64,000 bases of DNA, taken from Paragordius varius (taxonomy: Eukaryota > Animalia > Nematomorpha). The stretch is taken from the NCBI GenBank assembly GCA_964247055.1, contig OZ176051.1:1426001-1490000 (forward strand), in the 5' to 3' direction. The number at the start of each line of letters is the position of its first letter. Position 1 is the first letter of the stretch. Under the pieces are notes generated by a model. It saw nothing but the letters and a program-made list of their open reading frames with translations, searched no databases and had not been told where the DNA came from. Below are positions 15,387-27,300 of this stretch, piece after piece. The position numbers and the translations under genes were made by a program.

Positions 15387-18300
15387 ATGGGATTTTTATT
15401 TTTTAAGCATGCAACAATTTTGAATAATTTTAAATATTTTCGGGACCATATTTTTATCAAAACGTTAAAAACAGTAGCCAAACCTGATAATATAACAAAT
15501 GCCAATGCTGACATAACTAAAATTAGAAATATTGGTATTTTTGAATTATAATAATAGGTATATTGGCGCATGTGGATGCAGGAAAAACCTCTACAACTGA
15601 GATGATGCTACATGCTTGTGGTAGGCTTAAGTCACCCGGACATGTTGATGATGGAAATACGGTTTTTATTTTATGATATTTAGTTTTAAATAAAAGTTTC
15701 CATATAATACACGGTTTTAAAAGATATTTACCAAGTTATAAAATACCTTCAAGCTTTGGAAAAAACATAACAATACATATTTAGCCAAATTGGTCCCTAA
15801 AATTGTATAAAATAATATATTAATAATAAATCACACACACACATTAATTTAAATTGGTTTTCTCCGAGAATAATATTAATTTTAAAAGAAAACATGTTAT
15901 ATCAATATTTATTATACACATAATTACGAACCGGCATAGAGTAGTCAACTTACCCAATTTGTAACGAAGCACAAATGCATGATTTGTATTCAATATTTAA
16001 TTTTGTTTTTGAAAAGTTTTATTTGATTAATGTGCTACTCACCGGTAGCCTTACTATGTTAATTTTATTCCTTTATAAATTTACATATATTCAAAACCCA
16101 TTGATTAAATTTTGGAATGGAAACTAGAATGAATGTTTGCCGTTTTTTAAATGGTGAAAAACACACTCAATTATATATAATGAATATTTCAAAAGTTATT
16201 TAGCGTGTTCAATATATATCAAATATTTAAGATTAGCGACACAAAAACTTGATGAGGATCTACGATTTATATCTTTTCTTTAATTTTCATTGCTTTTAGG
16301 TTACAGATTTTTTGGTTCAAGAACGGAACCGAGGGATCACAATTATGAGTTCTTGCGTTCAAATGTTTTGGAATGAACATCAAATTAACATTGTGGACAC
16401 CCCGGGTCACATCGATTTTAATTTTGAGGTTGAGCGAACTTTGCAAGTTATTGATGGAGCCATACTTCTTATAGATGCTTCATCTGGTAAGCGTTTTTTC
16501 CTAATAAATATAAAGTTAAAATTTTTTTACAGAATTTGCATTTTATCCATTTGAGTTAATAAATGATTTGAGAAACGATCATGCCTATATAAGGCGTGAA
16601 AATTATATTTTGATCTGCTGCGAAAGAAATACTAAATATTTATTTCCTTTTATAATGCTTTTTTCCAAAAATGGGGCTTAATTATATAAATATATAAACT
16701 CTTTATTTTTCACATCCTTAATTACACTAGACAACAAATTTTTCTGCCATTCGAGTTTTTTGCATTTTTGATATTTAATATCATTTTAACAGTTAATCTG
16801 AAATAAAAATCATAACTCGTTGGAAGAATTTTGTATAATTTAATTTTTTTGATTATGCGCCCTCTTTATCAAAATTTTACTAAAAAATGTTTTTCTTTGA
16901 AAATATACAAGTAATGCCCATTTGTAATATATCATTCGAAAGAGTATTAAAAACTCTATAAAACTAATATGTATTACATCGACAGTGAATATTGGACACA
17001 AAGAGCGACAAACGCGCGAAGCGAGAGCATTTTTTTAATTATTATATTTTTAAAACTAATGAATGAAAATAGCTCAAACTTTGTTTAGATGGAGATGAAT
17101 GTCCAAAAAAGATAACAAAAGAAAGTTTTTTTTGATTAAAACATTTTTAATTGCTTTTATGTCACTCAAAACAGCCATTTTTAAGTTTTTTGTTTTTTAA
17201 AAATTACCATCTCATCAATATTAATTTATTTTCTTTACAAGGCTGATAATTTCGAAAATTTAAAGATAAAAACAAAGTTTATGTATGTTTAATCTTTTAT
17301 AGCGATTATGTAATAAATTTACAGTTATAACTATGCATTTTAGTATCCACTAGGTAAAATATTTATGATAATAATAATTTTTATTAAAAAAGCAAACCAA
17401 AAGCTTTTCCAAATATTTTTTTTTAAATTAAATACTAATATCACCCTAATAATTATATTAAAATAATTTATAAAATTTTTAAATTAGTTTGTCTGTGAAA
17501 ATTCTTGACTTATTTAAGGATTGAAAATTTTGACCATTTAAATCCAAATAACGTTTACATCCGATTGATTTAAATGACTTAATACCATTTAAAAGATGCA
17601 GTTTTTTGCGCTTTTTCGAATGATATAAAATACATGGCTTCATATCTAAAACTTTAAATATTACTATATTTCGAGTTTAATGTTAAATCGGGGCCAAAAT
17701 TTATCGATAAACTCTAATATAAAAAAATTCTTCCATGTAAGACCAATTTTTCCTTTCAGATATAATAATTATGTACTTTAATGAAATAAATTTTAAATTT
17801 ACAAGAATGGCAGTTAAAAAAAGTTAAAATTTGTTGTCTAGTGTTATACATCAAAAATCATTTTTTTAAAATCGATTGCCTATTTTCTACCTTTTAAAAT
17901 AACCGCCCGTTTGTCTTGATATGAAATATATTTTTCATATGAATTTCTTATCAAAAATATCTTTGTTTTTTTATTCCCAAACCAAAGTTATCGCATTTTA
18001 TTATAATGAAAATTTAGATAATGCAAAAAGAATTTGCATAAAAATTATATTTTTTGCTTAGGAGTTGAATCCCAAACTCAATCAGTTTGGGAACAATTAA
18101 TGCGTTTCAAAATTCCAACAGTGTGTTACATTAATAAAATGGATATGTGTGGTGAAAATGAGCTCAAAACTACACTTCAAGATATTAGTGCATTATGTAG
18201 AAATTATAAAATAACCCCATTAATTACTCAAATTCCTCGCTTTTCTCACGATATTAATAAGCAAGCCAAACAATTTTGTGATGTTATTCCATTGAATTCA

Positions 18301-21300
18301 GGCACTGGTAGTATAATTTTATAGGTGTAAAATTTTTTTGAGTATATTTTGGTTTTAACCTAAATCAATGAATAGTAATGAAAAAAAAATACATTTTTTT
18401 ATATCTAAACGATCTATAAAACTTTTATTGATAATAATCGCAAACTATAAAAATATTTGAGATTTTAACACTTAAATATCGTAGTGGTTCATTTATATAA
18501 AAGGTTGTCTTTTCTATATACTTACAATATAAATAAATATTTAGAAAATAATGCTTATCTAATAGAAGCAGAAGAACACAAAAAAGAGCGCTGTGTTATG
18601 ATTGATACTTTGGCTGAAATAGATGATAACTTTTATGAACTACTAATGTCACGTGCTCTGCATGATAAAATAACCCTGGCTGAAATACAAAACGCTATTC
18701 AAGAAAACACGGCGCGATTGAAATGTTTACCAATCCTGTTTGGATCAAATTTCCCAAAAGCAGCAAAGTTATTAGTCCTTTTAATTCAGAGTTTTGGTAT
18801 AAGAATGGTTTTTACATTATATTTTTACTGTTTTCATTTAAGATCGAAAAATTTTCGCACAATTATAATTTTTTTAAAATATTTTCCAAAGGCATTAAAG
18901 GATATATTAAATGAGTTTGCTCTAAAAGTGGTTTCATAGCGTTTTTAGGTAATTTTATATATTTTTATACCCTTAAAAATATTTATTTATATGTAGCTCA
19001 ATAATGACATTTTTCATAAATTAAACTGGATATTTTATAGACAAATAATTTAAAAGTTTAATAATAAGCTATCATTAAGTGTTTCTCTATTTTTTCGCTT
19101 CTCTTTTCTAAAATATTTATAATAGCGATTTATATAATTATTAAACGAATTTTTTTAATGTTTTGGCAAGTGGTAAACATATTTTAATAATTATTAAATA
19201 TGCCCGAAAATTGATATATGTTTAATTTTTGTTTATAAAAGTATAAGAATATGTAATAAATAAAATCTACAATTCAAATTCACCCTAAAAATAAAATATG
19301 TGTTTTCGGGCTAATATAACTCATCATTAAAATATATATGGCATAGTTTATTTGTTTTAGTATTATATTAATTTTAAACAAAATCTTATTTTTTAAAAGG
19401 TAATTTTTGATTTTAAAAAACACATAATTTATTTTAGGGTGAATTTAAATTAGTAAAGGGTGAGTTTAAATTGTTTAAGGGTAAATTTAAATTGTTTTTT
19501 TGAACTGTAAATGGTATATTATATTTTGTGATTATATTATTTTTAATTAGTGTGCCGCCTTCAAAATTTATATGCCATTTGTTGGATGCGATTGTGACTT
19601 ACTTTCCTAACCCTCTCCAACTCAATGGTAATTTTTTAATTTTATTACATAAAAAAGTAAAAAACGAATTTTTTTGTAATGAATACCATATATTTTTAAT
19701 TTTTACCTAACCTATATGATTTATATTGTAAAATTTAAAATTAGGTGTGTTCCCATTTTTCCATTGCTTATTTTGTAACTTAAAACAATAAGTTTTACTA
19801 GCGAAAATCAAAGTTTTAAAATTTGGTTTTTTTAATAGAGAAATATTCGTCTTTTTTATCTTTTGGCTTTATTTTTAATTTTCTTTATAATAATATAACT
19901 TTTAAATAGAGGTATTATTAAATATTATTTCTTTTTATGCCTTGTGTTTTATAAAATTATATATATAGATAAGTATCTTGATATTGAATCATCTAATGGC
20001 GAAATATTCCCCCACGTAATAAATGAACTTAATCAAAGTCGCAATACATATTTTACCGTTTTTAAAATTTTGAATCACACACAGTATGGGTTGATTGCTT
20101 TCGTGAGAGTTTATTCGGGCACACTTTTTCGTGGTTCCCTTTACCAAAAAATTAATCGTGAAAACTTAACTCATTCTCAGTTAAATCTTAAAAAAGGTAT
20201 GGTTTTACGAAATTATTATATCTCTAAATTATTTGAGTTTAAAAGTGAAATAAAAATATGTGTTTGCTAACTAGAAAGACCTGAAAAGATTAATGAAATA
20301 TGGAATATACAAGGAGAGGCATTAGTTAAAACTGGTATAGTTATTTGAAATATTTTCTTTTGTAAATAATAACAGTAGAAAGACATAACATTATATGTAT
20401 ATATATAACGAATTTTTTTAATATAGATAAGAATATTTTTAAACCTTAAATTTTTTAATATAACTGATCAGTTAGAGTTAGAATTTTTGTAAAAATATCT
20501 TAGTTTCTTAATTTTATGTTTTGTCTTTTAATTTTTTTTACCGTGATTTTCATGACTTTAGAAGAGGCAAAATCCGGTTCTATTGTCGTCTTAAGTGGAT
20601 TAACGAAAGCACTTACTGGCGATATATATGTGACACAATTTCTCAACAATGTTTTAACCACAAAAACATCAATGGATCCGAATAAAAAAACGGACAAAAC
20701 ACCTGCAGACATAACCTTATCATTTATCAGTAAAATTATAATTTAAAATCATAGTTTTAAGATAATATTTTTAAATTTAACAAATTTGCTATGTAAAACT
20801 TTTAAAAATTACAAAAAAACTCAAAAAAGATTAAAATTTGATAAAATTACTATTTATTTATTCTTGATTTTTATATGTCGCCTATCGTTTTCTTTAGGTA
20901 TCAAAGAATATTGATTTACAGTATTTGAAATACATAAGTTTTTATGCCATTATTTATAACCAGATAGAATTTACAACAAAGAGCCTTATTTTCTTTATTT
21001 TTTCGTTTTTTTCCTGCCATTGGCCAATAATGTATTAAATAAAATAAACAATTCTTTCCAAATACTGTATATTCAAACTCAATCACTTAATTTCAAAAAA
21101 AACAAGGTTTATTTTTTTGCAAAAAATAGGACAAGTTTTCGAAGCGCACTCAACATATAAATCCCTGTATGTTCCTGAACCAATGTTTTTTTGTGAAGTC
21201 ACAGCACATAAACCCAGTGAACAACGGCAATTGGAAAATGCCTTAACTATTTTAGCCAAAGAAGATCCTAGTTTAAGGGTGAAATTAATTTAAATTGTTC

Positions 21301-24300
21301 ATAATAGTCAAATTTTTAAATAAAGTTTTATATTGTAAATCAATAAATGTTTAATTAAAATTTTGTTTGATAGCAAATATAAATTAATAATGTTTTAGCG
21401 ACAAAAACGTTATTTGATTTGTTTAAATAAACTAAGATTATTACATTGATGGAAAAAGAAAAATTGAAGATCGTTTAAATATATTATGTACAACAAAAAA
21501 TAAAATTTCTTCTAATATCTAAACATTAAATATGTTAAATTAAAAGTTTTTGTAGCCTCGAAAATAACTAGCTTTCCAATACCGTATTATTAATATTTTT
21601 AAAATTTTAAGAATTATTAAAATCAGTTTTAAAATTTTTAATTTAATTAACTCTCATATTTTGAGTATCCCTCATTATTTTTCATATTGGATGAATTTTT
21701 ATTCTTTTTTACAATACTATGGTTAGTTTTTGTTAATTACCAGAGTATATAGTGGTATCGATATTATTCTATGTTTGGCCTCACTTACCGGGATTGGCTT
21801 ATTTCTTTATGATTTTTAATAAATTAATTTTTTATAAAATTTCACGGATTAAATTGATTTTTAGTTAAAGATTATTCGTAAGCGACTATAATCGGCATTT
21901 ATTAAGCTATGCAATAAATTTATTCAATTTAACGAAATTTATTTAATTTTAATAAAATTTTTTTGTTAAAATCATATCATTAGTATATTACGCTATTATA
22001 TTGCATATTGAGTTGTTTACTCTGATTCTCGGAAGTTGATTTAAAATGTTTTTCATCCTAGCAAAAAATTTAAATAAATTTTGAAATTTTTGAAATAAGG
22101 TAAGTATTCCATCTATATCAAATTCCACAAATGTACCTCAAAATATTTCAGCCGCCAATACTGAGTCAAACATTTATAATTCAAACGAAAACTTTAACAG
22201 AATAAATTGTAATGATAATACAGTTGTGCTGAGTGGTTTAGGCGATCTACACATTCAAATCGTTAAAGATCGCTTACGGACTGAGTTCAATGGACTTCAA
22301 GCTTATCTTGGGCCTTTAAAGGTAGATTTTCAAAAAATTATGCCATAAAAATTATTTTTTGCTTCTCTAATAAAACCAAATAAAGTTTGAAAACTTTTCA
22401 GTGATATGTTATATATTGTCATATTAAAATGTGTATAATTGCATTTTTTGATAATTAAAATAATTAATTATGAGATGGACTATTGCCTTTGGATTGCATC
22501 TTGTTATGGAACTTAATCATTTTTTGATATAGAATATTATTATGAAATAGACAATTTTTGTTGATTCTTGTTTTAATAATTTTATGAATATAATATGTGT
22601 TTTGACCTTATTTTTAGGGCTAATTTAGACCAGAGCATTTTAAATTAAATATGAACTAATACTTTGGACTTTACAAGTAAAGGCACTTGCTATTTTTAAA
22701 CTTAAATTTTTAACAATTTTCATCTTATTCCCTGCTATTTATATATTGGTAATAAAAATATTTTTAATATTTATTTTTTACAATTGAATAACATATTAAT
22801 GAGGTCTTATTAGCTGTTTTGCGATTCGATAAGTTACATTACAATTGTTAAAATATAATTTGTTTACCCTAGGGCCTTTAATAATCCTGATCAATGCAGT
22901 AGTTATTACTTGTATCTGTTGTATTTCCTTGCCCACATTATATAATAAACACTATTTTGATTTCAAAGTTTGTTTAAGTCATGCAATAATTGCAGATATT
23001 TGGATGATATTTAGTATGCAAAATTGGTATGAAAAACATTTTTTAATTTTGTGGCTTTTTTGATTTATATATTTCCAATATGGGAAAATCATATTGATAT
23101 TTTATTAAATGTATATTGATTTTTTGTTATAAACTTAATATCAAGTCAACTTGAGTTGAGTTGTAGGTAATTATGATATTACGGTTTGATTACAAGGTTT
23201 TTTTTATAAAAAGGTATTTTTATTTTTTGTAGTCCAACAAATTTATAAATATTGGATGTAGTCATGTTTACCGGTTTTTTGGTAAAAAACATTAAATTTT
23301 GAAAAAAAATCAATTATTTATTTTTATATTGTCCGTCGTCTTCTACACATCGCCCATCTCTCAGGTGATTTGTGAATACCATCCCAGAAAAACAGATTGT
23401 CGTTTGCGGCAAACCATTTATTAAGCCATTTTCCAACGTCCTCGAAATAATTCCCCCTCTTGGATGTATCCCATTGATGCGTACATGTATTATTCAGATG
23501 GCGCCATATTAGACATCAGCGGATGCGAAAGAAATTCCCATCGAAGCAATTTCCAATTCTTTTAATAGTTTTGCTGTGTGAGACGGAGCATTGTCATCAA
23601 AATCACTTTGCCATGTCTTTTGGTCCATTCCGGTCGTTTTTCAATTAATACATGGTTTTAATTAATTATTAGTTTGGCGATAGCGTTGTTTTTAACTGTA
23701 AAAGTTCATGAAACACCAGAGATTATCTTTTTGCTGGATCTATTCGGCCATGATGTTGATAAACCGACTTGGCAAGGTTAAAGCCACTTCACTTCTCATA
23801 ACTTGTCACAATTTAATTTAAAAATTTTGCTTTTGTGACTCTGAAGCAGTATTTCACAAGTAATTTTTCGATTTGCCTTCGTTTAAATTGTGTTGGACTC
23901 ATTGACTTTATTGGCCTCTTTAATTGCTTGTATATTCTGCATGTTGCCGCCGAGTTTTAGTTGGTCTATCTAACTCTTGCACGTTATCGTTTTCGCGTTC
24001 TGTGGTTTACCGCGCCCATTCTTTATATTAAAATCACAACTTTTAAATTTTCTAAATTTGATAGAGTATGTTGACCATATGTTTCACCAACAAACGAAAG
24101 CTTTCAACAGTCTTCTTTTCTGATGAAATTATAAAAGCAATGTTACAGGCTTAATATTTAATAATTATTGAATGATAAAAACAAGACGCTAATATTTGGC
24201 GAACACAGTGAGTTAGTAGTTTAATGTCAGACGAACAAAATGGGGTCTGTATCAAATTAATCGTCTGCGTATTTTTGTTGACGTCTTCTCTTAGTTAAAC

Positions 24301-27300
24301 CGGTAGAGACTAATGACTACATCTTTTCGTAAACTCTAAATATAAAAATAATACTAGTTTTTTATTCAAATAAATAAATTAATTTATTTGCTTTTTTATA
24401 CATTATTCCATTTTTATAAATATATAGATATCAAATCATGTAATAACATTATTCTTATAAGGTCATATATAGGTTATATTATCTCTACCTAAATTATGCA
24501 AGATTGGTGTTTATCAAAGATTTTCAATATTTCATCATAATTTTAATTAATGAATTTTACAAAAGGTTTTTTACCTTTTGAGTGTGATAAAATTTGATTT
24601 GATATAAATAGATTTAATCTCTAGCCATTTTTTTATTACACTAATCCAAAATTAAACTTTAATTATTTTTGAGATGGGTTAATACCTTTATTTTAACCAT
24701 TTTTATATCATTTTTGATTGATATAAATAGATTCCATATATGAGAAGAAAAATTGTGTTACCAAATATATATGTTTTAAAGTGTTTTCTTTCCTTTAGAC
24801 TTGTTTTATTACCACACTTTTTTCTCTCTAAACATTTTCTAAAGCAAACAGCCAAATAAGTTATTATACCTGCCAATTTTTATTTTTTTGAAAAAAACTT
24901 TTCATAATAAAAATTACCATGTCCACAACAGTAATATTAATAAGACATGGAGAAAGAGGGCCAGAAAAAGAAATTCCAAACATTCCCCCAGGATTAATCA
25001 ACTACCTTTTCCCATTGGGTCTTAAGGAATTGACTGCGCTAGGGTTCGAAAAAATGTTTAAACTCGGTCAAAACATTAAAAATGACATTTTGGTGCAAAA
25101 ACATTTAAGTAAAAACGATATCATAGCTTACTCCAGTCCTGTGAATCGTTCAATTAAATCAACTGAAGCATTGATTTTGGGGCTTTTGACAGAAAAATCT
25201 TTCAGACCTGTCTCGCATCATGCCAATGTAAATCTCTCCCAGAAGAAAATGGGTAAACCCATATATTCAAAACCTAAAACTATTACAATAAACACTCATA
25301 AAACCATACCTTGGTTATCCCCCATAACTGGGAATCAAGAATTAAAGTTTATGTTGCTCAATCATTTAGCAAACTGTCCTTCAGTTCTTGAAGTTTTAGG
25401 CCAACTTTATCCCATCCTCAATTCGGTTTGGATGAAAGCATTTGGCACACAATTGCTGCTACCTTGCCCTACTTCCCCTCATACGGGAATGAAACCTTGT
25501 GATTTTTTGCGACTTTTTTATTTGGCCGATGGTATTCTTTGCATCAATCATGCCTTACCCAAAAAGAAAACAGTCAACTATTTCCATACAAAATTTTCTC
25601 AAAGCAAATGGCTTTTTGATGATAGGATAGTTAGGGCTTGTAATACACTTGTTCAAACTATCTTCAAATATATGTTACCGGAACGTGATGATTCATTTTT
25701 TTGTAATTATCAATTTTCTTCTCCGACGCTCTTTTTGTCTCACATCCTTGATTCATTTATGGTTAAACTTCAATCTTTCTTCAGTCAACGAAAGTATTTG
25801 GACAAAATTATTGTTCTAGGGAGTCACGATCATATGTTAACTGCCGTTTTTACCTGGTTGGGCTTAAATAACCACATTTCGTATCATCAACAGTATAGAC
25901 CGGGTTATGGGTCAACTATAATATTTCAAAGGCATGTGCCTAAAAGGCATTTTAATTCCTCTAAAAACAAAAATTCTCCCTTATTTCACATATTTTACAC
26001 TTTTGATTACGATAAATCGTTCATCAAATTGTAGGCAATGTTAAATAATTGTTGTTACTAAAAACAAACGTTAAAATCTACAACCTGTACTTTATATTTT
26101 ATGTGAACGTTATCCGCATATTTAATTTAAAATGCTAAATATTAACAGTGTACTTTACCAAATATATACGTGTTTTTGTAATTTTTTCATGCTTTTAAAT
26201 AAAAATAAATGTACAATTACAATTATCTTTATTGTATTTGTAGATAATATTTATTCAATATGTAATAGACTCATTGTTTTTGGTTTTGATCAAAAAATGG
26301 GATTTTTATTTATATAACTACTTTTTCCCTGCAAAATTGTATAATTATACTAGCCAAATTTTTATCTTCAATTATATTATTATTGTAGGCCTCTTGGAAT
26401 TGAGCTTTTGATAAATACTTTGGATGTTATTTTTTCAAATAATGTCTTTTATTTCTAAATATAGTCGAAAATTAGTTATTGGCTATCCCAAAAAATAATA
26501 TAAAAATTTTTCTGAGTTAAAAAGTAACTGGTTTCATTTTAGATAAAATTTAAGTAAAATTTTGAAAAACTGTCGCCCTATACTATTTATATGTAAATTA
26601 CCTAAAATATATACAGGTTTTCTGTTATAAATTATGAAGTTTTTAAAATTGGGTGGATTCTTCGATGTCATATAAAACATACAAATGACCATACTTTTTT
26701 TAAACCAATACCCATATAAGGAACGCTGTGCGTAGCATAAAAAACTCTCTCTATATTTATCAACTTCAATCAAGTTATAACTTTGAATTAGGACACCTTA
26801 TTAAAAATAGAAAAAATGCATGAGCTAATTATACAGGCGCTGTTTGTTTTTAAAAGTAGGGGTCAACTAGTACGAAAAAGTATGGTTTATTTTTTTCAAA
26901 ATATATTTTTAATAATAATGTTATTTATAGAATATAAGCCTTTCTCCCGGACTATATTATCCATTAAATTGTATCACAACACCTATATTTTTATCATTTT
27001 GAAATATACATTTTTATAAGATATAAAAAGATGTTAAATAATATCCACTTTTTGACTTAATATTGGTGTGGTAACAATAATGGATTTATAAATAGTTTGA
27101 TATAAATAACCAACAAATAATAGGGTTATAAATTATTTTAGCGCAGTTATTTTTAAACTTTCTAATTATAATGTTTAACTTATATTCCTATCGTGTTTTT
27201 TATAGGTTAATTACAAAGAAATGATACATGAACCAACGCGTGTAAAACACACAATCCATAAATTAGTAAATGGTCGTAAAATATTTTTTGGTCTTGATCT

